In this document: piece after piece, positions 17,539 to 27,351 of the stretch | Layout of the letters: every line of letters begins with the position of its first letter | Numbering within the stretch: position 1 is the stretch's first letter | Assembly: GCF_004353825.1 (NCBI RefSeq) | Contig: NZ_SMNA01000001.1 | Coordinates: forward strand, 496,001 to 560,000 | Source: Occultella glacieicola | Lineage (GTDB): Bacteria > Actinomycetota > Actinomycetes > Actinomycetales > Beutenbergiaceae | Direction: 5' to 3' | DNA length: 64,000 nucleotides | Notes under the pieces: model-generated | What the model was told of the DNA's origin: nothing | Seen by the model: the letters and a program-made list of their open reading frames with translations, nothing else | Database searches by the model: none | Translations under genes and position numbers: made by a program

Positions 17539-19407
17539 ATGGCTCGATCGGTCGGAATCGACCTGGGCACCACCAACTCCGTGGTCGCCGTCCTGGAGGG
17601 TGGCGAGCCCACCGTCATCGCCAACGCGGAGGGTGCGCGCACCACGCCGTCCGTCGTGGCGTTCAGCAAGACCGGCGAGGTGCTCGTCGGTGAGGTGGCC
17701 AAGCGCCAGGCGGTCACCAACGTGGACCGCACGGTCAGTTCCGTGAAGCGTCACATGGGCACGGACTGGTCCGTGGCCATCGACGACAAGACCTACACCG
17801 CACAGGAGATCTCGGCGCGGGTGCTGGGCAAGTTGAAGAAGGACGCCGAGGCCTACCTCGGTGAGCCGGTCACCGACGCCGTGATCACGGTGCCGGCGTA
17901 CTTCAACGACGCCGAGCGCCAGGCCACGAAGGACGCCGGACAGATCGCCGGGCTGAACGTGCAGCGCATCATCAACGAGCCCACCGCGGCCGCGCTCGCC
18001 TACGGCCTGGAGAAGGGCAAGGAGGACGAGCTCATCCTGGTCTTCGACCTCGGTGGCGGCACGTTCGACGTGTCCCTGCTCGAGGTGGGCAAGGACGACG
18101 ACGGGTTCTCCACCATCCAGGTGCGCGCCACCAACGGTGACAACCGCCTCGGTGGTGACGACTGGGACCAGCGGATCGTCGAGTGGCTGGTTACGCAGGT
18201 CAAGAACGGCACGGGCGTGGACCTGTCCAAGGACAAGATCGCTCTCCAGCGACTGCGGGAGGCCGCCGAGCAGGCCAAGAAGGAGCTCTCCTCGGCCACC
18301 AGCACGAACATCTCCCTGCAGTACCTGTCGATGTCCGAGAACGGACCGATCCACCTGGACGAGAAGCTCACCCGGGCCCAGTTCCAGCAGATGACGTCGG
18401 ATCTGCTCGACCGCACCAAGGAGCCGTTCCACAACGTCATCAAGGACGCCGGCATCAGCCTGTCCGAGATCGACCACGTGGTGCTCGTCGGTGGGTCCAC
18501 CCGGATGCCCGCCGTGACCGATGTGGTCAAGGAGCTGACCGGTGGCAAGGAGCCCAACAAGGGCGTCAACCCGGACGAGGTCGTGGCCGTCGGCGCCGCA
18601 CTGCAGGCCGGCGTGCTCCAGGGTGAGCGCACCGACGTGCTGCTGATCGACGTCACCCCGCTGTCCCTCGGCATCGAGACCAAGGGCGGTGTGATGACCA
18701 ACATGATCGAGCGCAACACGGCCATCCCGACCAAGGGCTCCGCGGTGTTCTCGACCGCCGAGGACAACCAGCCGAGCGTGCTCATCCAGGTGTTCCAGGG
18801 CGAGCGTGACTTCGTCAAGGACAACAAGCCGCTGGGCACCTTCGAGCTGACCGGCATCGCACCGGCTCCCCGTGGCGTCCCGCAGATCGAGGTCACCTTC
18901 GACATCGACGCGAACGGGATCGTGCACGTGTCCGCCAAGGACCGCGGTACGAACCAGGAGCAGTCGATGACGATCACCGGCGGGTCCGCCCTCCCGAAGG
19001 ACGAGATCGACCGGATGATCAAGGAGGCCGAGGCGCACGCCGCCGAGGACGCCGCCCGGCGCGAGGAGGCCGAGACCCGCAACTCCGCGGAGCAGCTCGC
19101 CTACTCCACCGAGAAGCTCCTCACGGACAACGCCGAGAAGCTGCCCGAGGACGTCTCCACCGAGGTGCGGGCCGCCGTCGACAAGCTCAAGACCGCGCTC
19201 GCGGGCGATGACATCGAGGCGGTCAAGACGGCCCAGTCCGAACTGGCCGCGGTGAGCCAGAAGATCGGCGAGGCGCTCTACGCCCAGCCGGACGCCGCCG
19301 CGGCTCCGGGCGCGGACGCGCCGGCTGCCGAGGAGGCGGCCCCCGCCGCCGACGAGGACGACATCGTGGACGCCGAGATCGTGGACGAGGAGGACGAGAA
19401 GAAGTGA
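17539..19407 (+). CDS. dnaK: Chaperone DnaK
   Basis: [49 protein letters not shown]. Confidence 0.99.
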   Translation: MARSVGIDLGTTNSVVAVLEGGEPTVIANAEGARTTPSVVAFSKTGEVLVGEVAKRQAVTNVDRTVSSVKRHMGTDWSVAIDDKTYTAQEISARVLGKLKKDAEAYLGEPVTDAVITVPAYFNDAERQATKDAGQIAGLNVQRIINEPTAAALAYGLEKGKEDELILVFDLGGGTFDVSLLEVGKDDDGFSTIQVRATNGDNRLGGDDWDQRIVEWLVTQVKNGTGVDLSKDKIALQRLREAAEQAKKELSSATSTNISLQYLSMSENGPIHLDEKLTRAQFQQMTSDLLDRTKEPFHNVIKDAGISLSEIDHVVLVGGSTRMPAVTDVVKELTGGKEPNKGVNPDEVVAVGAALQAGVLQGERTDVLLIDVTPLSLGIETKGGVMTNMIERNTAIPTKGSAVFSTAEDNQPSVLIQVFQGERDFVKDNKPLGTFELTGIAPAPRGVPQIEVTFDIDANGIVHVSAKDRGTNQEQSMTITGGSALPKDEIDRMIKEAEAHAAEDAARREEAETRNSAEQLAYSTEKLLTDNAEKLPEDVSTEVRAAVDKLKTALAGDDIEAVKTAQSELAAVSQKIGEALYAQPDAAAAPGADAPAAEEAAPAADEDDIVDAEIVDEEDEKK

Positions 19408-20072
19408 CGCCGACCGACAACGAGTCCGAGCCGATCATCCGCGACAAGCGGCGACTCGACCCGAACACGGGCGAGTTGCGTCCCGAGGGGGGTGCCGCCG
19501 TCGAGCCCGACGGCGGCCCCGCCCGGGCGGGCGGCTCGCCCCAGGAGCCGGTCGCCTCGGGAGGCGCCGCCGATGGCGAGCAGGTCGCCGAGGGCGATGA
19601 TGCGCCGTCGCCCGACGACGAGCTCGCCAGGGCGAAGGCGGAGGCGTTGGATCTTGCCGACCAGGTGGCCCGCGGCAAGGCGGACCTGTACAACCTGGAC
19701 CAGCGGTTCAACAACTTCGTCAAGCGGTCCCGCGCCGAGGCCGAGACCGAGAAGGTCCGCGGCGCACACTCCGTGATCGAGGCACTGATCCCGGTGCTCG
19801 ACGACATCGCCGCGGCCCGTCAGCACGAGGCGCTCGAGGGTCCGTTCGCGTCCATCGCGGACAAGCTCGAGACCACCCTGACCGCCCGGTTCGGGGTGGA
19901 GCGGTTCGGCGCAGAGGGGGAGGAGTTCGACCCCAACGTGCACGAGGCCCTCATGCACAGCCAGAGCCCGGACGTCACGGTGGACACCATCACCACCGTG
20001 CTCCAGCCGGGCTACCGTGCCGGTGACGTCATCATCCGCCCCGCGCGGGTAGGGGTCACCGGCCCAGAATGA
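19404..20072 (+). CDS. grpE: Nucleotide exchange factor GrpE
   Basis: [14 protein letters not shown]....IRPARV; GTGA overlap with dnaK. Confidence 0.95.
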   Translation: MTPTDNESEPIIRDKRRLDPNTGELRPEGGAAVEPDGGPARAGGSPQEPVASGGAADGEQVAEGDDAPSPDDELARAKAEALDLADQVARGKADLYNLDQRFNNFVKRSRAEAETEKVRGAHSVIEALIPVLDDIAAARQHEALEGPFASIADKLETTLTARFGVERFGAEGEEFDPNVHEALMHSQSPDVTVDTITTVLQPGYRAGDVIIRPARVGVTGPE

Positions 20073-20097
20073 CAGCACACGATCGAGGAGGTGAGGC

Positions 20098-21111
20098 ATG
20101 ACCGGACAGGACTGGCTCGAGAAGGACTTCTACACGATGCTCGGCGTGTCCAAGGACGCCGACGCCGCCGAGATCAAGAAGGCCTACCGCAAGCTCGCCC
20201 GCACCTGGCACCCGGACCAGAATCCGGGTGACGCCAAGGCTGAGGCGAAGTTCAAGGAGATCGGCGAGGCGTACGGTGTGCTCTCCGACGCCGAGCAGCG
20301 CAAGCAGTACGACGCGCTGCGGGCCATGGCCGGAGGCGGACCCCGGTTCGCCTCCGGCGCCGGGGGCCCGGGCACCGGTGGCTTCGAGGACCTCTTCGGC
20401 GGGATGTTCAGCGGCGGCGGCGCCGGTGCCGGCGGCGGCACTCGGGTGCGGTACTCGACAACGGACGGCGGCATGCCCGGCGGCGGCTTCGAAGACATCC
20501 TCGGAGGCCTGTTCGGCGGCGGAATGCCGGGCGGCGGGGGTGCTGGCTTCCGGGCGCCGCAGAAGGGCGGGGACATCACCACGTCCGCTTCGCTGCCGTT
20601 CCGCACGGCGGTGCAGGGCGCCACGGTGTCCCTGACCATCGAGGGTGGTCGGTCGATGAACGTGCGGATCCCGGCCGGCGTGACCGACGGTCAGAAGATC
20701 CGGCTGCCCGGCAAGGGGCAGGCCTCCATCAACGGTGGCAGCCCCGGCGACCTGGTCGTGACCGTGCGCGTCGAACCACACCCGGTGTTCGGCATCAACG
20801 GCCGCAACCTGACCATCACGGTGCCGATCACGTTCCCGGAGGCCGTCAACGGGGCCACCATCTCGGTGCCCACGCTGGACGGGTCCACCGTGAAGCTGAA
20901 GGTCCCGGCGGGCACCCAGTCCGGCGCGCGACTGCGCGCCAAGGGCAAGGGTGTGGCCACGAAGAGCGGCACCGGGGACCTGATCGTCACCCTCGAGGTC
21001 GCCGTCCCGCGCAACCTCAACAAGGACGCCCGCGCCGCGCTCGAGCAGTTCGAGGCGGCCAGCGACGGTACCGACCCGAGGGCCGGGCTCGCCGCAGCAG
21101 CCAGGAGTTGA
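20098..21111 (+). CDS. dnaJ: DnaJ-family co-chaperone, class B (no zinc finger)
   Basis: J domain with HPD, G/F-rich region, C-terminal domain; no cysteines. Confidence 0.93.
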   Translation: MTGQDWLEKDFYTMLGVSKDADAAEIKKAYRKLARTWHPDQNPGDAKAEAKFKEIGEAYGVLSDAEQRKQYDALRAMAGGGPRFASGAGGPGTGGFEDLFGGMFSGGGAGAGGGTRVRYSTTDGGMPGGGFEDILGGLFGGGMPGGGGAGFRAPQKGGDITTSASLPFRTAVQGATVSLTIEGGRSMNVRIPAGVTDGQKIRLPGKGQASINGGSPGDLVVTVRVEPHPVFGINGRNLTITVPITFPEAVNGATISVPTLDGSTVKLKVPAGTQSGARLRAKGKGVATKSGTGDLIVTLEVAVPRNLNKDARAALEQFEAASDGTDPRAGLAAAARS

Positions 21112-21117
21112 TCGGTC

Positions 21118-21534
21118 ATGGCCGCGACGTACGACGCACCGGTGCTGGCGATCTCGATAGCGGCCGAGGCCGCAGGGATGCACCCGCAGACGTTGCGTCA
21201 GTACGACCGACTGGGCCTGGTGGTCCCGCGCCGCACGAGCGGGCGGGGCCGCCGGTACTCCCAGCGTGACGTCGACGTGCTCCGCGAGGTGCAGCGCCTG
21301 TCCCAGGAGGAGGGCATCAACCTCGCCGGCATCAAGCGGATCCTCGAGCTGGCCGCCGAGAACGAGCGGCTCGAGGGTGAGGTCGACCGTCTCAGCCAAC
21401 TCCTCGGAGGCGGCCGGCGGGTGTTCCACGCCAGCCCCGGCGGCGACGTGGTCGCCGTGCCGCTCGGGACCCGGCTGCGCCGGGTGCGCTCCTCTGCGGG
21501 TGCCCTCGTGGTCTGGCAGCCGCCGCGCCGCTGA
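21118..21534 (+). CDS. hspR: Heat-shock repressor HspR (MerR family)
   Basis: ISIAAE.AGMHPQTLRQYDRLGLV.P.R..G..RRYS; GINLAGIKRI. Confidence 0.95.
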   Translation: MAATYDAPVLAISIAAEAAGMHPQTLRQYDRLGLVVPRRTSGRGRRYSQRDVDVLREVQRLSQEEGINLAGIKRILELAAENERLEGEVDRLSQLLGGGRRVFHASPGGDVVAVPLGTRLRRVRSSAGALVVWQPPRR

Positions 21535-21677
21535 GCGAGGCGGGCCTCGACCTCGGTTCACGCCCGGGTGGCCGGGCGTGGGAATCCCCTCCGAGCGGCG
21601 GCCCGGCCGGCACGTCGCTAGCGTGGGGCCTGATGCCTCCGATCCGCCAGGGTCGGGCGAGCCGAAGGGGAACTGAG

Positions 21678-22328
21678 ATGTCGCAGCAGCCACCGAGCGG
21701 ATTCGATCAGCCCGACGAACAGCCGGGTCAGGCCGAACAGCAGCAGTCGCCGTCCGGCTCACCGCCCCAGCACAACCAGCCGATCCAGCCGCCTTATGGG
21801 CAGCCTGCCCAGCAGCCGCCCGCGCAGCAGCCGCCCGCCCAGCCGGGCCAGAGCGGTCAGCAGTTCGCACCGCAGGGTGCTCCGAGCGGGCAGCCGACTT
21901 CTTATGGGCAGTACCAGGGCCAGGGGCAGGCCTACGGCCAGGGCCAGGTCTACGGCAATGCCCCGGCCGGGGCCGCGGCCCAATGGGGCGCACCGCAGCA
22001 GCGCGACCCCGGATTCTTCGGGTCGCTGTTCGACCTGACCTTCTCCCACTACGTCACGCTCCGGTTCGCGAAGGTCCTGTTCATCGTCGCGATCGTCTTC
22101 GTCGCGCTCGGCTGGCTCGGCGCCGTGGTGTCAGCCTTCAACTTCGACCCCTACGGCGGTTTCTACGACGACGACGGCGGTGCCGGAGCGATGCTCGGCG
22201 TGCTCACGCTGCTGTTCGGCTGGATCCCCGGGTTCATCACCCTGCTCCTGGTGCGGGTGGGCCTGGAGTTCGCGGTCGCGACGATCAAGACCGCCCAGAA
22301 CACCTCGAAACTGGCTGAGCGCGCCTGA
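21678..22328 (+). CDS. DUF4282-like membrane protein with Q/P/G/Y-rich N-terminal tail
   Basis: GFFGSLFDLTFSHYVT....K.L; two TM segments; R..LEF..A.IK.AQNT. Confidence 0.8.
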   Translation: MSQQPPSGFDQPDEQPGQAEQQQSPSGSPPQHNQPIQPPYGQPAQQPPAQQPPAQPGQSGQQFAPQGAPSGQPTSYGQYQGQGQAYGQGQVYGNAPAGAAAQWGAPQQRDPGFFGSLFDLTFSHYVTLRFAKVLFIVAIVFVALGWLGAVVSAFNFDPYGGFYDDDGGAGAMLGVLTLLFGWIPGFITLLLVRVGLEFAVATIKTAQNTSKLAERA

Positions 22329-22423
22329 GTCGACGTGCCGTCGGGCACGGCGGACACGGGCACCGCGCTATCGTCGAATGGCTGCGGTGCCCGTGTCCTG
22401 GCTCAAGGGGGTGATGGTGCCCG

Positions 22424-23536
22424 ATGGTCGAGAAGACCCCGACGGTCTACGACGTTGCCGAGATGGCGGGCGTGTCCATCGCGACCGTCTCGCGCTACTT
22501 CCGTAACCCCGACGCGGTGCGCGAGTCCACCAGGGAACGCGTCGGGCAGGTGGTCCGGGACCTGGGCTACGTGCCCTCGGGCAGTGCCCGCGGCCTCGCG
22601 GCCCGGCGCACCGGCACCGTCGGGGTGTGCTTTCCCAGCTTCGACGACGTCGACCGCATCGACGCGCGCCGCCTCGGAGCCGGGCCGCCGGTCCGGGTAC
22701 GGGTGGATACCGACGCCCACCAGGACACCGGGAGTGACCTGTACATAGCCGAGGTGGTCCGCGGCACCGAGATCGAGGCCTGGCGGCACGGGTTCGCCGT
22801 GATGATCGCGGTCCCCCGGGGTGCCGCCGCGCACAACGTCGTCGAGGGCCTCGCCGGTCGGGTGGACGGCCTGGTCACGCTCGCCCGCGCGATCGACCCG
22901 GACCAGCTCGCCCACATCTCCCGCCGGATCCCGGTGGTCATGGTCGCCGGACCGCGCGACGGCGACGTCTACGACCACGTGACCGCGAACAACCACGGCG
23001 GCATGGTCGCGCTCACCGACCACCTGATCACCGAACACCGGCTGACCCGGCTCGAGTTCGTGGGCGGACCCGAGGACTCGCCGGACGCCCAGGTCCGGTT
23101 CGAGGGCTTCACCGAGGCCATGCTGCTGGCCGGCCTCGGCGTCCCCGAACGCCCGATCGCCCGCAGCGACTTCACCCGGGTCGGTGGCCGCGAGACGGGT
23201 CGGCTGCTCCTGGCCGAGCGACGTCTCGAGGGCATCGACGGGCTCGTCTGCGCGAATGACCAGAGTGCGCTCGGCATCCTCGACGAACTCACGGCCGCCG
23301 GAGTGCGGGTGCCGCAGGACCTGGCCGTGACCGGGTTCGACGGGATCGAGGCAAGCAACGTCTCGACACCCCGGCTGAGCACTGTGCGCCAGCCCATGGT
23401 CGAGCTGGGCCGCCTCGCGGTGGCCCAGTTGCTGCGGCGGCTCGCCGAACCGATGACCGAGCCGAGCACGCGCGTGCTCGGCGTCGAGGTGCTGCTCCGG
23501 GACAGCTGCGGCGCGCACGCCACCTCAACGCCCTGA
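22424..23536 (+). CDS. LacI family regulator
   Basis: TVYDVAEMAGVSIATVSR; CANDQSA; VPQDLAVTGFD. Confidence 0.95.
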   Translation: MVEKTPTVYDVAEMAGVSIATVSRYFRNPDAVRESTRERVGQVVRDLGYVPSGSARGLAARRTGTVGVCFPSFDDVDRIDARRLGAGPPVRVRVDTDAHQDTGSDLYIAEVVRGTEIEAWRHGFAVMIAVPRGAAAHNVVEGLAGRVDGLVTLARAIDPDQLAHISRRIPVVMVAGPRDGDVYDHVTANNHGGMVALTDHLITEHRLTRLEFVGGPEDSPDAQVRFEGFTEAMLLAGLGVPERPIARSDFTRVGGRETGRLLLAERRLEGIDGLVCANDQSALGILDELTAAGVRVPQDLAVTGFDGIEASNVSTPRLSTVRQPMVELGRLAVAQLLRRLAEPMTEPSTRVLGVEVLLRDSCGAHATSTP

Positions 23537-23560
23537 CCGGACAGCACCTCCGCCCAGCCC

Positions 23561-23599
23561 TCGAGAGTGCTGTAGTGGCGACCACTTCAGCACTCTCGA
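23561..23599. repeat. 18-bp inverted repeat (REP-like or terminator)
   Basis: TCGAGAGTGCTGTAGTGG-CGA-CCACTTCAGCACTCTCGA, one mismatch. Confidence 0.7.
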
Positions 23600-23644
23600 C
23601 GGCGGTGGGCGGGTCGAGCGGGCGCCTCGGGTTGCGCACCGAAA

Positions 23645-23658
23645 TGTATGCGCATACA
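23645..23658. promoter_or_regulatory. LacI-type operator
   Basis: Perfect palindrome TGTATGCGCATACA with central CG, 63 bp upstream of the binding-protein gene. Confidence 0.75.
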
Positions 23659-23721
23659 GTCGAAACTGGCGGCTGGGTGCCCTCCCGCCACGTGACGATG
23701 AAGACACGAATGGAGACCACC

Positions 23722-25386
23722 ATGCAACGCCGACGCGGGTCCCGCTGGGGACTGTTCGGATCGGCCCTCGGGGTGGCCGCACTGCTGGCCACGAGCGCCT
23801 GCACCGTGGACGTGCCGACCGACGACGGCAACAACGACGGCGGCGGCGGAGATGGCACGTCGATGCTGCTCGCCGCGGACAACGGCTCGCCGACGTTCGA
23901 CCGCAACTTCAACCCGTACTCGCCGGGCAAACGGCAGACCAGCACGCTGATCTACGAGCCGCTGTTCGTCACCAACACCCTCGACGGCACCGAGACGCCG
24001 TTCCTGGCCAGCGCGAAGGAGCAGCCGGACCCGGCCACGGTGGTCTTCACGATCCGTGAGGACGTGGTCTGGACCGACGGCGAGGAGTTCACCCCCGAGG
24101 ACGTGACCTTCACGTTCGACCTGCTCAAGGAGTTCCCGGCCCTGGACACGAACGGAGTCTGGGCGCTGATCGACTCCATCGAGGTGGACGGACAGGACGT
24201 GATCGTCCACCTCACCGGGGACAACGTGCCCGCCGCCGCGATCATCCAGAAGACGATCATCGTGCCCGAGCACCTGTGGGCCGACGTCGAGGACCCCACC
24301 ACTTACACGAACGAGGACCCGGTCGGCACCGGACCGTACATGCTCGGTGAGTTCACCCCGAACGAGTACACCCTCGACCGCAACGAGGACTACTGGCAGG
24401 TGGAGAACGTGGCCGCGGAGGAACTGATCCTGCCCGCCTCGAACACCCAGCTGGACATCGTGAACAACGGCTACGACTGGGCGTACTCGTTCATGTCCGA
24501 CGTCGAGAACACCTGGGTCAGCGCGGCCGAGGGCAACACCTTCTGGTTCCCGCCGGGCGGCACCATCGCCATGTTCCCGAACCTGACCATGGCCCCGTTC
24601 GACAACCCGGAGTTCCGGCTCGGCCTCTCGGCCGCCCTGGACCGGGACCGTATCGCCGACGTCGCCGAGGAGGGCTACGTGGAGGCGGCCGGGATGTCCG
24701 GCCTGCTGCTGCCGAACCAGGAGGCCTGGCTCAACCCGGACCTGCCCGACGGCGGAGCCGTCAGCCAGGACGTGGATGCCGCCCTCACCCACTTCGAGGC
24801 GGCCGGCTACACGATGTCCGGCGACCAGCTCGTGGACTCCGCAGGAACGGCCGTGGCCCTGACCCTGACCACCCCGAACGGCTGGACCGACTGGTTGCGC
24901 GGTGCCACCGAGGTCCAGAGCCAGCTCGCCGAGGTCGGCATCACCGTCACCCTCAACCAACCCCAGCCCGCCGCGTACCAACAGGAACTCCAGAACGGGA
25001 ACTTCCAGCTCTCGATGGGGTCCTTCGGCGGGACCGGGTCGATCTACGAGGACTTCAACCGGCTCCTCTCGAGCGAGTTCCTCCAGCCCGTCGGCACCAC
25101 GACCACGGCGAACTTCCAGCGGTACTCCGACCCGGAGACCGACGCCCTGCTCGCCGAACTCCGGGTCACCCTGGACGAGGGCCGGCAGATGGAGATCGCG
25201 CACGAGCTGCAGACCGTCGTCTTCGAACAGGCTCCGGTCATCCCGATGTTCTACGGCGGCCTGTGGGGCCTGTTCTCCGAGGCGAACTTCACCGGCTGGC
25301 CGAGCGCGGACGATCCGTACGCCTCGCCGGCGACCTGGGACGCGAACCCGCTGCTGGTGCTGACGAACGTCGAGGTCGCGGACTGA
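23722..25386 (+). CDS. ABC substrate-binding lipoprotein, family 5 (Opp/Dpp fold), probably for oligosaccharides
   Basis: Lipobox LATSAC; NFNPY, IYEPL, WTDGE.FT..DV.FTF, PVGTGPY. Confidence 0.9.
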   Translation: MQRRRGSRWGLFGSALGVAALLATSACTVDVPTDDGNNDGGGGDGTSMLLAADNGSPTFDRNFNPYSPGKRQTSTLIYEPLFVTNTLDGTETPFLASAKEQPDPATVVFTIREDVVWTDGEEFTPEDVTFTFDLLKEFPALDTNGVWALIDSIEVDGQDVIVHLTGDNVPAAAIIQKTIIVPEHLWADVEDPTTYTNEDPVGTGPYMLGEFTPNEYTLDRNEDYWQVENVAAEELILPASNTQLDIVNNGYDWAYSFMSDVENTWVSAAEGNTFWFPPGGTIAMFPNLTMAPFDNPEFRLGLSAALDRDRIADVAEEGYVEAAGMSGLLLPNQEAWLNPDLPDGGAVSQDVDAALTHFEAAGYTMSGDQLVDSAGTAVALTLTTPNGWTDWLRGATEVQSQLAEVGITVTLNQPQPAAYQQELQNGNFQLSMGSFGGTGSIYEDFNRLLSSEFLQPVGTTTTANFQRYSDPETDALLAELRVTLDEGRQMEIAHELQTVVFEQAPVIPMFYGGLWGLFSEANFTGWPSADDPYASPATWDANPLLVLTNVEVAD

Positions 25387-25390
25387 CCCG

Positions 25391-26371
25391 ATGCGCTACC
25401 TGCTCCGCAAGATCGGTCTGCTGCTGCTGACCCTGTGGGCCGCGGTGACGCTGAACTTCTTCCTGCCCCGGATGATGCCCGGCTCACCCACCGACGCCGC
25501 GATCGCCAAGCTCGCGCAGAACGGTCCGGTGAGCCCGGCCACCCGGGCCGCGATCGAGGCCCAGCTCGGGGTGCCGACCGGCAACATCTGGGACCAGTAC
25601 GTCGCCTACCTCGGCAACGTGCTGACCCTGGACTTCGGCATCTCGTACACCTTCTTTCCGCAGTCGGTCTCCGAACTGGTGCTCACCGCACTCCCGTGGA
25701 CGCTGGTGATGGTCGGGGTGGTCACGATCGTGGCGTTCGTCCTCGGCACCCTGCTCGGGGTCCTCGCCGCCTGGAAGCGGGGCACGTTCCTGGACTCGCT
25801 GCCGACCCTGACGGGCACGTTCACGTCGGCGTTCCCGTACTTCTGGACCGCACTGCTGCTGCTGTTCTTCCTCGGCTACGTGCTGCAGTGGTTCCCGACA
25901 TCGGGCGCGTACTCCCCGCGCGCCACCCCGAACCTGTCCCCGGAGTTCATCGCCGACGCCGCCTACCACGCCGTGCTGCCGGCCGTGACGATCCTGATCA
26001 CCTCCCTGGGTGGATGGATCCTCGGCATGCGCAACACGATGATCAACACCCTCGGCGACGACTACGTCACCTTCGCGGAGGCGAACGGGCTCAAGCCGCG
26101 GGCCGTGGCCCTGAAGTACGCGGCCCGGAACGCGATCCTGCCGAACCTCACCGGCTTCGGACTCGCCCTCGGTGGCGTGGTCGGCGGGTCCCTGCTCGTG
26201 GAGCGGGTGTTCGCCTACCCGGGCGTCGGGTACCTGCTCTACAACGCCGTGACGAACCAGGACTTCCCGCTGATGCAGGCACTGTTCCTGATGATCACCG
26301 TCAGCGTGCTGGTCGCGAACTTCATCGTCGACGTGCTCTACGGCTACCTGGACCCGAGGACGAGGCGATGA
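25391..26371 (+). CDS. ABC permease (OppB-like)
   Basis: LPRMMPG.P; DYVTFAEANGL EAA loop; DVLYGYLDPR. Confidence 0.92.
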   Translation: MRYLLRKIGLLLLTLWAAVTLNFFLPRMMPGSPTDAAIAKLAQNGPVSPATRAAIEAQLGVPTGNIWDQYVAYLGNVLTLDFGISYTFFPQSVSELVLTALPWTLVMVGVVTIVAFVLGTLLGVLAAWKRGTFLDSLPTLTGTFTSAFPYFWTALLLLFFLGYVLQWFPTSGAYSPRATPNLSPEFIADAAYHAVLPAVTILITSLGGWILGMRNTMINTLGDDYVTFAEANGLKPRAVALKYAARNAILPNLTGFGLALGGVVGGSLLVERVFAYPGVGYLLYNAVTNQDFPLMQALFLMITVSVLVANFIVDVLYGYLDPRTRR

Positions 26372-27351
26372 CCGAGAAGCAGGCCACCACGCGTGGCGAG
26401 ACCGCGGGACCGACCGAGCCGGCGCCGTCGGGCCGGGACGAGGTGCCCGACGGCGGTGCGGACGTCGCGCGGGTCGCGGCAGCCGCGAGTCCGCTCACCG
26501 TGCTCGGCCGTGCGGCCGGGACGATCTGGTCGGTCCCGAAGGCGCGGGTCGGGCTGATCCTGCTCGCCGTGTTCGTGCTGACGGCGATCTTCGCGCCGCT
26601 GCTCGCGCCGTACGCGCCGACCGACAACAGCTTCGGCCGGGCCGAGGGCGGCAGCGCCGCCCACCCGCTCGGCACCACGACCGCCGGCGAGGACGTCCTC
26701 TCCCAACTGATCTACGGGTCCCGGGTGTCTGTGCTGGTGGGTCTGGTGGCCGGCTTCGGGGCCACCCTGATAGCGGTGCTGCTCGGGATGTCCTGGGGGT
26801 ACACCCGCGGGTTCGCCGCCGACGTCATCAACTTCTTCGTGAACCTGTTCCTGGTCATCCCGGGACTGCCGCTGATGATCGTGCTCGCCGCGTACCTGCA
26901 AGGTGGCGGGCTGTCGATGATCATCTTCGTCGTCGTGATCACCGGCTGGGCGTGGGGTGCCAGGGTGCTGCGCTCGCAGACCCAGTCCCTGCGCAGCCGC
27001 GACTTCATCACGGCCGCGCAGTTCAGCGGCGAGTCCTCGTTCCGGGTCGTGTTCCGGGAGATCCTGCCGAACATGACGTCGCTGATCACCGGCAGCTTCT
27101 TCGGGGCGGCCACCGCGGCGATCCTGGCCGAGTCCGGCCTGTCCTTCCTCGGCCTGGGCAACACCGCCATGGTCAGTTGGGGATCGATGCTGTTCTGGGC
27201 GCAGAACTCCAACGCGATCCTCACCGGGCAGTGGGTGCTGCTGTTCGCGCCCGGGCTGTGCATCGCGTTGCTGGCCACGTCGCTGACGCTGATCAACTTC
27301 GGGGTGGACGGACTGTCCAACCCGCGCCTGAGGGAGGGCAAGGGCCGATGA
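26368..27351 (+). CDS. ABC permease (OppC-like)
   Basis: HPLGTT..GEDVLSQLIYGSRVS; AESGLSFLGLG; ATGA overlaps at both ends. Confidence 0.92.
   Translation: MTEKQATTRGETAGPTEPAPSGRDEVPDGGADVARVAAAASPLTVLGRAAGTIWSVPKARVGLILLAVFVLTAIFAPLLAPYAPTDNSFGRAEGGSAAHPLGTTTAGEDVLSQLIYGSRVSVLVGLVAGFGATLIAVLLGMSWGYTRGFAADVINFFVNLFLVIPGLPLMIVLAAYLQGGGLSMIIFVVVITGWAWGARVLRSQTQSLRSRDFITAAQFSGESSFRVVFREILPNMTSLITGSFFGAATAAILAESGLSFLGLGNTAMVSWGSMLFWAQNSNAILTGQWVLLFAPGLCIALLATSLTLINFGVDGLSNPRLREGKGR

Noticed and set aside
17425..19038. 537-aa antisense ORF over dnaK
   Set aside because: This is the well-known shadow frame of hsp70/dnaK genes, often mis-annotated as NAD-specific glutamate dehydrogenase; it arises from codon bias.
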